From positions 768,001 through 832,000 of the forward strand of contig JASGJN010000022.1 of assembly GCA_049840735.1 (NCBI GenBank): a stretch of 64,000 nucleotides of DNA. Reading direction: 5' to 3'. The DNA comes from Anaeromyxobacter sp. Lineage in GTDB: Bacteria > Myxococcota > Myxococcia > Myxococcales > Anaeromyxobacteraceae. This document shows positions 1-10,024 of this stretch, one piece after another. The notes beneath the pieces are model-generated. The model was not told the origin of the DNA. It did not search any database and saw only the letters and a program-made list of their open reading frames with translations. The translations under genes and the position numbers were made by a program. Positions within the stretch are counted from its first letter, which is position 1, and each line of letters begins with the position of its first letter.

Positions 1-656
1 GTGGGCTTGTCGAGCGGCTGCGTGGCCCAGCGCCGGTCGCGGTCGGCCTTCATGGCCGCGGCGCTCGCCGCCACGTCGCCGGGGCGGAGCGCCACCTCGA
101 CCCTCGTCACCACCGCGCCGGGCGGGATGACCGCGTGGCGGTAGGCGAAGGCCAGCTGCGAGGCCGGCACGAAGCCGGCGCCGTCGGCGGTGGCCAGCTC
201 CACCCGCGTCACCACGTCCTTCATCTCGCCCAGCCGCGTCCCGGCGTTCATGGCGGTGGCGCCGCCCAGCGTGCCGGGGATGCCGGCGATGAACTCCATG
301 CCGGTGAGCCCCAGCGCGTGGGCACGCGCCGGCAGGCGCGCGCTGGGTGCGCCGGCGGAGAGCACCAGGGTGTGCCCCTGGCCCGACTCGCCCGGGAAGT
401 CCTGCGGCAGCTTCAGCACCACGCCCCGCACGCCGGCGTCGGCCACCAGCGTGTTGGCGCCGCCGCCCAGCACCGCCAGCGGCACGCCCAGCGCGCGGGT
501 GGCCGAGAGCAGCGCGGCCAGCGCGTCCGGGTCGGCCGGGCGCACCAGCAGGTCGACCGGGCCGCCCACGCGGATGGCGGTGCGGGTGGCCAGCGGCGCG
601 TCGCGGAGCACCTCGCCCCGGACGCGGCGGGCGATCTCGTCCCTCCAGTCGGCCAC
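1..656 (-). CDS. murB: UDP-N-acetylenolpyruvoylglucosamine reductase (3' end outside window)
   Basis: Not in the ORF track. GTG at 656 overlaps the murC stop (TAGTG). Translates [33 protein letters not shown]...LGGGANTLVADAGVRG...GIPGTLGGATAMNAG, typical MurB FAD motifs, in the expected dcw position. Confidence 0.95.
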   Translation of the reverse strand, partial: MADWRDEIARRVRGEVLRDAPLATRTAIRVGGPVDLLVRPADPDALAALLSATRALGVPLAVLGGGANTLVADAGVRGVVLKLPQDFPGESGQGHTLVLSAGAPSARLPARAHALGLTGMEFIAGIPGTLGGATAMNAGTRLGEMKDVVTRVELATADGAGFVPASQLAFAYRHAVIPPGAVVTRVEVALRPGDVAASAAAMKADRDRRWATQPLDKP

Positions 657-2032
657 TAGCGCTCCAGCAGCGCCAGCAGCTCGGGGCCGACCTGGGTCAC
701 GTCGCCGGCCCCCAGCGTGAGGACGATGTCGCCGGGGCGGACGCGCTCGCGGGCGACGCGGGCCAGCTCGGCGCGCGGCACCAGCGACACGTCGCGGTGG
801 CCCCAGGCGCGGACCGCCTCCACCAGGTGGGCCGAGGTGGCGCCGGGGATGGGCTCCTCGCCGGCCGCGTAGACGTCGGTGAGCAGCACCACGTCGGCGT
901 CGTTGAAGGCGGTGGCGAACTCCGGCATCAGGTCGCGGGTGCGGGTGTAGCGGTGCGGCTGGAACACGCACACCACCCGCCGCTTGAAGGCGTCGCGGGC
1001 GCCGCGCAGGGTGGCCTTCACCTCGGCCGGGTGGTGGCCGTAGTCGTCCACCACCGTCACGCCGCCGGCCTCGCCGCGGACCGTGAAGCGCCGCTGCACG
1101 CCCTGGAAGCTGGCCAGCGCGCCCCGGATCACGTCGGGCGGGATGCCCATCTCGTCGCCCAGCGCCACCACCGAGAGCGCGTTGAGCGCGTTGTGGCGGC
1201 CCACCATGGCGACCTCGAACCGCCCCAGCGGCTCGCCGCGCTTGAAGGCCTCGAAGCGGACCGAGTGGCCGGAGACCTCGATGCCCTCGGCGCGGTAGTC
1301 GGCCTGGTGGCTCTCGCCGTAGGTGGCCACCCGCTTCTCCACGTCGGGGAGGAGCGACTGCACGGTGGGGTGGTCGATGCAGAGGATGGCCAGGCCGTAG
1401 AACGGCACCCGGTTCACGAAGTCGACGAACCCCTGCCGCAGCGCCTCCGGCGTCTTCCAGTGGTCGAGGTGCTCGGGGTCGATGTTGGTGACGATGGCGA
1501 TGGTGGGCGGGATGCGGAGGAAGGAGCCGTCCGACTCGTCCGCCTCCACCACCATGTAGTCGCCCTTGCCCAGCTTGGCGTTGGAGCCGAAGCCGTTCAC
1601 CTTGCCGCCCACCACCGCGGTCGGGTCCATGCCGGCGTGGGCCAGCAGGTGCGCGGCCATGGAGGTGGTGGTGGTCTTGCCGTGCGAGCCGGCGATGGCC
1701 ACGCCGTACTTGAGCCGCATGAGCTCGGCCAGCATCTCGGCGCGCGGGATGACCGGGACCTTCTGCCGGCGGGCCTCGACCACCTCGGGGTTGTCGCGCC
1801 GCACCGCCGAGGAGGTGACCACCACGTCGGCGTCCTGCACGTGCGCGGCCTCGTGGCCGGTGCAGATGCGCCCGCCCAGCGAGGCCAGCCGGCGGGTGGT
1901 GTCGCTGGCCTTCAGGTCGGAGCCGGAGACGCGGTAGCCGAGGTTGAGCAGCACCTCGGCGATGCCGCTCATGCCGATGCCGCCGATGCCGACGAAGTGG
2001 ATCTTGGCGGGACGCGAACGGAACAGGCTCAT
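656..2032 (-). CDS. murC: UDP-N-acetylmuramate--L-alanine ligase
   Basis: [30 protein letters not shown] and [10 protein letters not shown] motifs. Confidence 0.98.
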   Translation of the reverse strand: MSLFRSRPAKIHFVGIGGIGMSGIAEVLLNLGYRVSGSDLKASDTTRRLASLGGRICTGHEAAHVQDADVVVTSSAVRRDNPEVVEARRQKVPVIPRAEMLAELMRLKYGVAIAGSHGKTTTTSMAAHLLAHAGMDPTAVVGGKVNGFGSNAKLGKGDYMVVEADESDGSFLRIPPTIAIVTNIDPEHLDHWKTPEALRQGFVDFVNRVPFYGLAILCIDHPTVQSLLPDVEKRVATYGESHQADYRAEGIEVSGHSVRFEAFKRGEPLGRFEVAMVGRHNALNALSVVALGDEMGIPPDVIRGALASFQGVQRRFTVRGEAGGVTVVDDYGHHPAEVKATLRGARDAFKRRVVCVFQPHRYTRTRDLMPEFATAFNDADVVLLTDVYAAGEEPIPGATSAHLVEAVRAWGHRDVSLVPRAELARVARERVRPGDIVLTLGAGDVTQVGPELLALLER

Positions 2033-2061
2033 CGGAGCTCCTCGGAGCGGTCAGGCGGGGG

Positions 2062-3213
2062 TCAGGAGGCGAGGCCGGGCGGGCGCGCCGGCTTGGCGCC
2101 GGCGTCGCGGGCCTGCCCCTGCGGCGAGCCCCAGCGGCGGCGCACCAGCTCGGTGCAGACGTCGGTGATCTCGCGGGCCGCCTGCGGGCTGCCCAGCAGG
2201 CCGGCGGCGCGCTGCATGCGGGCCTGCGCCTCGGGGTCGGAGAGGATGCGGCGGATCTCGGCGGCGAGCAGCTCGCCGGTGAGGTCCCGCTCCTCGATCA
2301 TCACCGCCGCGCCGGCCTTCACCAGGCTGAGCGCGTTGATGACCTGGTGGTTGTCGGCGGCGGCGGGGAAGGGGACCAGGATCGCCGGCCGCTTGCACAC
2401 GGTCAGCTCGGCCAGCGTGGTGGCGCCGGCCCGGCAGACCACCAGGTCGCACTCGGCGTAGGCGGCGCTCATGTCGGAGATGAACTCGCGGACGTCCGGC
2501 GCGAAGCCGCAGGCCCGGTAGCCCCGCTCCACCTGCTCGCGGTCGCGGGCGCCGGTCTGGTGCGTGATGCGGAGCGTGTCGCGCAGGTCGGCCAGGTGCG
2601 GCAGCGCCTCGATGACCCGCATGTTGAGCGCGTGCGCGCCCTGCGAGCCGCCGAACACCAGCAGCCGCGGCTCGCCGTGGCCGGCCTGCGGCCGCATGAA
2701 GTTGTCCATCAGCGTCTTGCGGATGGGGTTGCCGAGCTGGAACACCTTGTGCGGCGCGAAGTGGCGCGCCGCCTCGGGGAAGGCGGTGAAGGCCGCCTTG
2801 ACCACCCGGCCCAGCAGGCGGTTGGTGAGGCCGGCCACCGCGTTCTGCTCCTGCACGGCGGTGGGGATGCGCAGCAGCCAGGCGGTGAAGACCACCGGCC
2901 CGCTGGCGTAGCCGCCCACGCCCACCACCACGTCCGGCCGCCAGCGGCGCAGGATGCGCCACGACTGCAGGAAGGCGCGCGGCAGGAGCAGCAGGTTCAA
3001 GAGCATGCCCCACAGCCCCTTCCCCTTGAGCCCCTTCACCTCGATGAGCTCGATGGGGAAGCCGGCCTCGGGGACCACGCGGGCCTCCAGCCCGCGGGCG
3101 GTGCCCACGAAGACCACGTCGTTGGCGGGGTGGCGCGTGACCACCTCCTCGGCCAGCGCGACGCCAGGGAAGACGTGCCCCCCGGTGCCGCCGCCGGCGA
3201 CCAGCATCCTCAT
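2062..3213 (-). CDS. murG: Lipid II GlcNAc transferase MurG
   Basis: ATG at 3213 (ATGA overlap with ftsW stop); AGGGTGGHVFPG, GGSQGA, RAGATT motifs. Confidence 0.97.
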   Translation of the reverse strand: MRMLVAGGGTGGHVFPGVALAEEVVTRHPANDVVFVGTARGLEARVVPEAGFPIELIEVKGLKGKGLWGMLLNLLLLPRAFLQSWRILRRWRPDVVVGVGGYASGPVVFTAWLLRIPTAVQEQNAVAGLTNRLLGRVVKAAFTAFPEAARHFAPHKVFQLGNPIRKTLMDNFMRPQAGHGEPRLLVFGGSQGAHALNMRVIEALPHLADLRDTLRITHQTGARDREQVERGYRACGFAPDVREFISDMSAAYAECDLVVCRAGATTLAELTVCKRPAILVPFPAAADNHQVINALSLVKAGAAVMIEERDLTGELLAAEIRRILSDPEAQARMQRAAGLLGSPQAAREITDVCTELVRRRWGSPQGQARDAGAKPARPPGLAS

Positions 3214-4415
3214 GGCGCCTCCTCGGGCTGCGGGCCCGCCAGCCGCGGCGTCGAGCCGATGGGCGCGCCCACCCGCACGGCGGCGGGGGCGCGGGTGAGG
3301 TGACCGCCCCGCTGCGCGCTCACCGCCAGCAGGACGCCGGAGGCGCCCAGCAAGGTCAGGAGCGACGAGCCGCCGTAGGAGACGAACGGGAGCGTGAGCC
3401 CCTTGGTGGGCATCAGGCCGAACACCACGCACAGGTTGACGAGCGCCTGCAGGCCGATGAGCGTGGTCACCCCCAGCGCCGCGTGACAGGAGAAGGCGTC
3501 CTGGGCGCGCAGGGTGGCGCGGACGCCGCGCCAGAGCACGACGCCGAAGAGGAGCACCAGCAGCACGACGCCGATGAGCCCGGCCTCCTCGGCGATCACA
3601 GCGGCGATGAAGTCGGTGTGGGCCGCCGGCAGGAAGTCGAGCTTGCCCTTGCTCTGCCCCAGCCCCTGGCCCAGCCAGCCGCCGTTCGCGGTGCCGAGCA
3701 GCGACTCCCAGAGCTGGAAGCCGGTGGTGCCGCGGTAGTCCTCGGGGTGCATGAAGGCGATGATCCGCTCCATGCGGTAGGGGTTGGAGCGGATCAGCAA
3801 GTAGGCCACCGGCGCGGCCAGCAGGCCGGCCAGGAACAGGTAGCCGACCCGGGCGCCGGCGGCGAAGAGCACCGCCATGGAGACGAGGAAGAGGACCACC
3901 CCGGTGCCCATGTCCCGCTGCGCCTGGCAGAGCGCCACCAGCACGCCCAGCACGATCAGGTGGGGCAGGAGGCCCACCGAGAAGGTGCGGACCTGCTCGC
4001 CCTTCCGCGCCAGCGAGCGGGCCAGGTAGAGGACCATCGCCACCTTGGCCACCTCGGCCGGCTGCAGGTGGAGCGGACCCAGCGGGATCCAGCGCTGCGC
4101 GCCACCCGCGGTGGAGCCGATGAACGGCACCAGCGCCAGCAGCACCAGCGCCGCCAGCATGAGCGGGTAGGCGAGCCGCGCGATGCGGTCGGTGCCGAGC
4201 CACAGCGCCCCGCCCATCAGCCCGAGGCCGATGCCGGCCGCCAGCAGCTGGCGCCAGAGGTAGGTGAACTGGTTCCCGGCGCGGCCGGCCTGCACGGCGC
4301 TGGCGGAGTAGACGAAGACCAGCCCCACCGCCACCAGGGCCAGGATGGCCCCCAGCAGCACCACGTCGAAGGGCGGGCCGCCCGCCTCGCGCCGTGCCTC
4401 GGACTCGCCGCTCAT
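3210..4415 (-). CDS. ftsW: SEDS peptidoglycan glycosyltransferase FtsW
   Basis: ATG at 4415 overlaps the murD stop; multi-TM; GAQRWI, QPAEVAK, LPAAHTDFI, LPFVSYGGSS. Confidence 0.97.
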   Translation of the reverse strand: MSGESEARREAGGPPFDVVLLGAILALVAVGLVFVYSASAVQAGRAGNQFTYLWRQLLAAGIGLGLMGGALWLGTDRIARLAYPLMLAALVLLALVPFIGSTAGGAQRWIPLGPLHLQPAEVAKVAMVLYLARSLARKGEQVRTFSVGLLPHLIVLGVLVALCQAQRDMGTGVVLFLVSMAVLFAAGARVGYLFLAGLLAAPVAYLLIRSNPYRMERIIAFMHPEDYRGTTGFQLWESLLGTANGGWLGQGLGQSKGKLDFLPAAHTDFIAAVIAEEAGLIGVVLLVLLFGVVLWRGVRATLRAQDAFSCHAALGVTTLIGLQALVNLCVVFGLMPTKGLTLPFVSYGGSSLLTLLGASGVLLAVSAQRGGHLTRAPAAVRVGAPIGSTPRLAGPQPEEAP

Positions 4416-5797
4416 CGCGTCAGCTCCGCGGCCAGGCGCCGGAAGGCCTCGCCGCGCTCCTCGTAGTTCGAGAACTGATCGTAGCTCGCGCAGGCGGGGG
4501 AGAGCAGCACCACGTCTCCTGACCCCGAGAGGAGCGCCGCGCGCCGGGCGGCCCCGGCCAGGTCCCCGCAGGCCTCGGTCGGCGCCAGGTCGCCCAGCTC
4601 GCGCGCGACGTTGGGGCCGTCCTCGCCGATGGTGAGCAGCGCCTTCACGCGCCCCGGGAAGAGCGGCCGCAGCGGGGCGTAGGGCGCCTTCTTGCCGCGC
4701 CCGCCCATGATCAGGATGACGCGCGGCGTACCGGCCGGGAAGGCGGCCAGGCCGACGTAGGTCGAGTCCACGTTGGTGGCCTTGGAGTCGTTGACCCACT
4801 CCACCCCGCGCCCCTCTCCCACCAGCTCCAGCCGGTGGTGCAGCCCGGGGAAGGCGTCCAGGCCGGCCTGGACCTCGGCCCCCGGCACGCCGGCCAGCCG
4901 GGCCAGGGCCACCGCGGCCATGGCGTTCTCGCGGTTGTGCCGGCCCCGCAGCGCGCGGTTGCGCAGCAGGTAGCGCTCGGGCGCCCCGCCCGCCGACCAC
5001 CAGAGCGCGCTCCCCTCCGGCCCCGGCTCGCCCTCGGCGCAGCGGACGGCGCCGGGCGCGGGCGGGCCGAAGCCGAAGGTGAAGCGGGCGCCACGCGACG
5101 CGCCGGCCATGGCCAGCGCGCGGTCGTCGCGGTCGTTGGCCAGCGCCGCGTCGCCCGGCTGCTGGGTGGCGAAGAGGCGGGCCTTGGCCGCGGCGTAGTC
5201 CTCCACGTCGCGGTAGCGATCGAGGTGGTCGGGCGTGACGTTGAGGATGGCGGCGAGGTGGGCGCGGAGCTGGTCGATCCCCTCCAGCTGGAAGGACGAG
5301 AGCTCCAGCATCACCACGTCGGCCCGCTCGCCGGAGAGCAGGTGCTCGCAGAGCGGCGTACCCAGGTTGCCGCCGGTGAAGGTGGGGCGGTGGCGCGCCA
5401 GCAGCGCGCCGGTGAGCGCGGTGGTGGTGGACTTGCCGTTGGTCCCGGTCAGCCCCACCACCAGCGTCCCCTCCGGCAGGAAGCGCCAGCCCAGCTCCAC
5501 CTCGGCCCAGATCGGCACGCCCTTGCGGCGCGCCGCCTGCAGCTCGGGGTTGGCGAGCGGCACGCCGGGGGAGACGACCACCAGGTCGGCGCCCTCGAAG
5601 TCGGCCAGGTCGTGGCCGCCCAGGCGGCGGCGCGCGCCGGCGACCGGGGCCAGCGCGGCGGCCAGCTCCTGCTCGGACCGGCGGTCGGTGACGGTGACCT
5701 TGGCCCCCTCGCGGAGGCACAGGCGCGCGGCGGCGACGCCGCTCCTGGCGAGCCCGACGACGGTGACCTTCTTCCCGGTGAGCGACGGCGCGGCCAC
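4412..5797 (-). CDS. murD: UDP-MurNAc-L-Ala--D-glutamate ligase
   Basis: GLARSG, TGTNGKSTT, ELSSFQL, NDSKATN, LSPACASYDQF. Confidence 0.97.
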   Translation of the reverse strand: MAAPSLTGKKVTVVGLARSGVAAARLCLREGAKVTVTDRRSEQELAAALAPVAGARRRLGGHDLADFEGADLVVVSPGVPLANPELQAARRKGVPIWAEVELGWRFLPEGTLVVGLTGTNGKSTTTALTGALLARHRPTFTGGNLGTPLCEHLLSGERADVVMLELSSFQLEGIDQLRAHLAAILNVTPDHLDRYRDVEDYAAAKARLFATQQPGDAALANDRDDRALAMAGASRGARFTFGFGPPAPGAVRCAEGEPGPEGSALWWSAGGAPERYLLRNRALRGRHNRENAMAAVALARLAGVPGAEVQAGLDAFPGLHHRLELVGEGRGVEWVNDSKATNVDSTYVGLAAFPAGTPRVILIMGGRGKKAPYAPLRPLFPGRVKALLTIGEDGPNVARELGDLAPTEACGDLAGAARRAALLSGSGDVVLLSPACASYDQFSNYEERGEAFRRLAAELTR

Positions 5798-5802
5798 GTT
5801 GG

Positions 5803-6945
5803 CTACCTCAGCTTGATGGACAGGAGCGCGACCAGGGCGAGCATCACCGACATGATCCAGAAGCGGACGATGATCTTCGGCTCGGCCCAGCCCTTGAGCT
5901 CGTAGTGGTGGTGGATGGGGGCCATGCGGAAGATCCGCTTGCCCCGCATCTTGAACGACCAGACCTGCAGGATCACGCTCACCGCCTCGGCCAGGAACAC
6001 GCCGTGGAGGATGGCGCTCGCGAACTCGTTCTTGGTCAGCACCGCCAGCATGCCCAGCGCGCCGCCCAGCGCCAGCGAGCCGACGTCGCCCATGAAGACC
6101 GAGGCCGGGTAGGTGTTGTACCAGAGGAAGGCCACCCCGGCGCCGAACATGGCCGAGCAGAGCACGCCCAGCTCCTCGGCGCCCGGGATGTAGGCGATGC
6201 GCAGGTACTCGGCCAGGCTGAACCCGCCCAGCGTGGCGCCGGCGATGTACGAGAGCGCCAGGAAGGTCATGGCCGAGACGATGGTCGGGCCGATGGCCAG
6301 GCCGTCCAGGCCGTCGGTCAGGTTCACCGCGTTGGAGGTGGCGATGACCACGAAGACCATGAACGGCAGGTAGAGCCAGCCCAGGTCCGGCTGGAAGAGC
6401 CGGGTGGGGACGAAGGGCAGGGTGACGTGCAGGTCGAGGTGGCTGCCCACGAACACCCAGGGAAAGCGCGCCTCGGTGTGGAACTGCCAGTCGGAGAGGA
6501 CGCCCCAGTAGACGGCCAGCACGATGGCGACCTGGAAGAAGAGCTTCTTCTTCCCGGCCAACCCCTTGGAGTTGCGCTTGGAGATCTTGAGCCAGTCGTC
6601 GGCGAAGCCGATGCCGCCGTAGCCCATGGTCACGAGCAGCGCCGCCCAGACGTAGCGGTTGGTCAGGTCGGCGAAGAGCAGCGTGGCCACGGAGACGGCC
6701 AGCAGGATCAGCGCGCCGCCCATCGACGGCGTGCCGGCCTTCTTCTTGTGCGAGTCGGGGGTGTCCTCGCGGACGTTGGTGTGGCCGTACTGCAGCACGC
6801 GCATCCGCTCGATGAAGAGCGGGCCGAGCAGCAGGCCGATGATCATGGCCGTGAGCCCCGCCGCCACGATCCGGAAGGACGGGTAGCGCAGGACGTTGAA
6901 GAGGCCGAAGTGCGGAGCGAGGGGGTAGAGGAGGTGGTAGAGCAT
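5803..6945 (-). CDS. mraY: Phospho-N-acetylmuramoyl-pentapeptide transferase
   Basis: KAGTPSMGG, NAVNLTDGLDGLA, FMGDVGSL, MAPIHHHYE. Confidence 0.98.
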   Translation of the reverse strand: MLYHLLYPLAPHFGLFNVLRYPSFRIVAAGLTAMIIGLLLGPLFIERMRVLQYGHTNVREDTPDSHKKKAGTPSMGGALILLAVSVATLLFADLTNRYVWAALLVTMGYGGIGFADDWLKISKRNSKGLAGKKKLFFQVAIVLAVYWGVLSDWQFHTEARFPWVFVGSHLDLHVTLPFVPTRLFQPDLGWLYLPFMVFVVIATSNAVNLTDGLDGLAIGPTIVSAMTFLALSYIAGATLGGFSLAEYLRIAYIPGAEELGVLCSAMFGAGVAFLWYNTYPASVFMGDVGSLALGGALGMLAVLTKNEFASAILHGVFLAEAVSVILQVWSFKMRGKRIFRMAPIHHHYELKGWAEPKIIVRFWIMSVMLALVALLSIKLR

Positions 6946-6954
6946 GGTGGGTGG

Positions 6955-8358
6955 CTACGGGGCCTGGCGCAGGCCCTCGACGAGCCGCTCGAGCTTCATC
7001 CCCCGGCTGGCCTTGACGAGGAGGACGTCGGAGGGCGCGAGCCGCGCGCGCACCCAGCGGGTGAGCGCCTCGACGTCCTCGGTGTGGAAGACCTCCGCCA
7101 GCCCGGCGGCGCGGGCGGCCTCGGCGGTGGCGCGGCTGCGCGGGCCGAAGGCGGCGAGCGCGGCCAGCCCGGCCCGGGCGGCCTGCTCGCCCAGGGCGCG
7201 GTGGGCCTCGGCCTCGAAGCTGCCCAGCTCCAGCATGTCGCCCAGCGCGGCCACCGCCTTGCCGCCGGGCGAGCCGGCGGCGAGGTCGCGCAGCACCGCG
7301 AGCGCCGCGCCCATGGAGTCCGGGTTGGCGTTGTAGCAGTCGTCCACCAGCTGGACGCCGGAGGGGAGCCGCTCCAGGCGCAGGCGCCGCCCCACCGGCA
7401 CCACCGCCGCCAGGCCGCGCTGGATCTCGCGGTCGCTGCAGCCCAGCGCCACCGCCGCGGCGGCGGCGCCGGCGGCGTTCATGGCGTTGTGCGCGCCCAC
7501 CAGGCCGGGGATGTGGATCTCCACCTCGCGGTTGCCGATGCCGAGCAGGAAGCGGAGCCCCTCCACCGACTGCGAGAGCACCTCCAGCACCACCACGTCG
7601 CCGCGCCGGCCGCGGCCGCTGGCGAAGGTGAGCATGCGGCGGCCGGAGGCCTTGCCGCGCGCCACCAGCAGCGGGTCGTCGGCGTTGACGATGGCCAGCC
7701 CGCCCGCCGGCAGCCCGTTCCAGAGCTCGGCCTTGGCGTCGGCGATGGCCTCGCGGCTGCCCAGGTGCTCGATGTGGGCCGTGCCGGCCATGGTGACCAG
7801 CCCGACCTGCGGCTCGGCGATGGCGGTGAGCCGGCCGATCTCGCCGGCGTGGTTCATGCCCATCTCGATCACGGCGGCGGCGTGCCCCGCGTCGAGGCCG
7901 AAGAGCGTGAGCGGGACGCCCACCTCGTTGTTGAGGTTGCCCTCGGTCCTGAGGACCGGGCCGCGGGTGGCCAGGATGGCGGCCACCATCTCGCGGGTGG
8001 TGGTCTTGCCGTTGGAGCCGGTCACCCCCACCACCGGGATGGAGAAGCGGCGCCGGTGCAGGTGGGCGATGCGCCCCAGCGCCACCAGCGTGTCCTTCAC
8101 CACCAGCGCCGGGACCGGCTCGGGCAGGGAGGCCGCGAAGGCCTCGTCCACCAGCGCGGCGGCGGCGCCGCGGGCGGCGGCCTCGGCCAGGAAGGCGTGG
8201 CCGTCGTAGCGCTCGCCGCGCAGGGCCACGAAGAGGCAGCCGGCCGGCAGCGCGCGCGTGTCGGTGGAGACGCCCTCGAGCGGCGCCGCGGGCGGCGAGC
8301 TCCAGCGGCCGCCGGTGGCGGCGGCCAGCTCGTCGGGGGTGAAGCGGGGCGTGGTCAT
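6955..8358 (-). CDS. murF: UDP-MurNAc-tripeptide--D-Ala-D-Ala ligase
   Basis: ATG at 8358 overlaps the murE stop; TGSNGKTTT, NLNNEVGVP, EMGMNH, DCYNANPDS, KASRG. Confidence 0.97.
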   Translation of the reverse strand: MTTPRFTPDELAAATGGRWSSPPAAPLEGVSTDTRALPAGCLFVALRGERYDGHAFLAEAAARGAAAALVDEAFAASLPEPVPALVVKDTLVALGRIAHLHRRRFSIPVVGVTGSNGKTTTREMVAAILATRGPVLRTEGNLNNEVGVPLTLFGLDAGHAAAVIEMGMNHAGEIGRLTAIAEPQVGLVTMAGTAHIEHLGSREAIADAKAELWNGLPAGGLAIVNADDPLLVARGKASGRRMLTFASGRGRRGDVVVLEVLSQSVEGLRFLLGIGNREVEIHIPGLVGAHNAMNAAGAAAAAVALGCSDREIQRGLAAVVPVGRRLRLERLPSGVQLVDDCYNANPDSMGAALAVLRDLAAGSPGGKAVAALGDMLELGSFEAEAHRALGEQAARAGLAALAAFGPRSRATAEAARAAGLAEVFHTEDVEALTRWVRARLAPSDVLLVKASRGMKLERLVEGLRQAP

Positions 8359-9863
8359 GCGGTGGGCTCGCTGGGCGCGTCGAGGGCCCGGCGGGCCTCG
8401 TCGCGATCCGAGAACGGGCGCTTCTCGGCGCCGACGATCTGGTAGTCCTCGTGCCCCTTCCCGGCGATCAGGATCGCGTCGCCCGGGCGGGCGCACCCCA
8501 CGGCGAGGCGGATGGCGGCGCGGCGGTCGGCCTCGACCGCGAAGCCGTCCTGGCCGGCGCGGGCGGCGGCCGGGGCGAGGCGGCGCTTGCCGGTCGCCTC
8601 CACGCCCGGGACGATGTCGGCCAGGATGGCGGCCGGGTCCTCGGTGCGCGGGTTGTCGCTGGTGACGACCACCAGCTCGGCGCCCTCGGCCGCGGCGCGC
8701 CCCATGAGCGGGCGCTTGCCGCGATCGCGGTCGCCGCCGCAGCCGAAGACGCACAGGAGCCGGCGGGGGGCGAGGTCGCGCAGCGCCGCCAGGGCGCGCA
8801 CCAGCGCGTCGTCGGTGTGGGCGTAGTCCACGAAGACCGTCACCCCGCGCCCGTCCACCCGCTCCAGGCGTCCGGGCGCGCCGCGCGACGCGGCCAGGCC
8901 GGCCTCCACGGCGGCGGGCGGGACGCCCAGGGCCAGCGCCAGCCCGGCGGCGCAGAGCAGGTTCTCGAGGTTGTGGGCGCCCACCAGCGGGGAGCGCAGC
9001 TTCAGGTCGCCCTGCGGCGTGCGCAGCGTGGCGCGGATGCCGGCGAGGCCGATCTCCGCATCCACCGCGCGGAGCGCGTCGCCGTCGCGGGTGCCGTACC
9101 GCCACACCGTGCGGCCCGGCCCGAGCTGGTCGGCCAGCTGCGCGCCCCAGGGGTCGCGGGCGTTCACCACGGCCACGCCGCCGGGGGCCAGGTGCTCGGT
9201 GAAGAGCCGCCGCTTGGCGGCGAAGTAGTGCTCCATGTCGCCGTGGTAGTCGAGGTGGTCGCGGGTCAGGTTGGTGAACCCGGCGGCCTGGAAGCGCAGG
9301 CCGGCCACGCGCTCCTGGGCGAGCGCATGGGAGGAAACCTCCAGCACGGCCGCTCTCGTCCCGGCGGCGCGCATCTCGGCCAGCAGGGCCTGGATGGCGG
9401 TGGACTCGGGCGTGGTGTGGGAGGCCGGGCGCGAGACGCCGGGGTAGCGGTGCGTGACGGTGCCGATCACGCCGAGCGGCAGGCCGGCCGCGGCGGCGCA
9501 GGCCTCCACCAGGTACGTGATGGTGGTCTTGCCGTTGGTGCCGGTCACGCCGGCCAGCAGCAGCGCGTCGCCGGGGCGGCCGTGGAAGGCGGCGGCGGCG
9601 AGCGCCATGGCGCGGCGGGCGGAGGGGACGAGCAGCAGGCGGGCGGGGGCACACTCGACCGGGCGCTCGGCGACGACCGCGATCGCGCCCTGCCTGGCGG
9701 CGGCGGCGGCGAAGCGGGCGCCATCCTGCGTGGCGCCGGGGAGGGCGAAGAAGCAGGCGCCCGGGATGACCTCGCGCGAGTCGCCGGTGACGCGCGTGAC
9801 CTCCGGATTGCCGCCCAGGTCACCCTGGGCGCCGGAGCCGGTCATGAGGGAGGAGAGCTTCAT
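8355..9863 (-). CDS. murE: UDP-MurNAc-dipeptide--meso-DAP ligase
   Basis: ATG at 9863; TGTNGKTT, EVSSH, TNLTRDHLDYH, DYAHT, GCGGDRD, SDNPR (DAP-type), AGKGHE. Confidence 0.97.
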   Translation of the reverse strand: MKLSSLMTGSGAQGDLGGNPEVTRVTGDSREVIPGACFFALPGATQDGARFAAAAARQGAIAVVAERPVECAPARLLLVPSARRAMALAAAAFHGRPGDALLLAGVTGTNGKTTITYLVEACAAAAGLPLGVIGTVTHRYPGVSRPASHTTPESTAIQALLAEMRAAGTRAAVLEVSSHALAQERVAGLRFQAAGFTNLTRDHLDYHGDMEHYFAAKRRLFTEHLAPGGVAVVNARDPWGAQLADQLGPGRTVWRYGTRDGDALRAVDAEIGLAGIRATLRTPQGDLKLRSPLVGAHNLENLLCAAGLALALGVPPAAVEAGLAASRGAPGRLERVDGRGVTVFVDYAHTDDALVRALAALRDLAPRRLLCVFGCGGDRDRGKRPLMGRAAAEGAELVVVTSDNPRTEDPAAILADIVPGVEATGKRRLAPAAARAGQDGFAVEADRRAAIRLAVGCARPGDAILIAGKGHEDYQIVGAEKRPFSDRDEARRALDAPSEPTA

Positions 9864-9962
9864 CGTCGTCCCACCGGACTTGCGAACGCCGTACCGGTCG
9901 GAAACCCGTGCTGCGCCGGTGGTTTGTCTCGCCGCGCGTCGTCCGGGACACGGGCGGACTGC

Positions 9963-9968
9963 ATTATA
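9963..9968 (-). promoter_or_regulatory. Candidate -10 box (TATAAT) of an internal promoter before murE
   Basis: Perfect TATAAT in the 160-bp ftsI-murE spacer; no good -35 at 17 nt. Confidence 0.45.
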
Positions 9969-10024
9969 CGGGCACTGCGCCCCGGCCCCAGAAGCAAAGC
10001 TCGCTGGCCCCCGCGCCGGCCGGG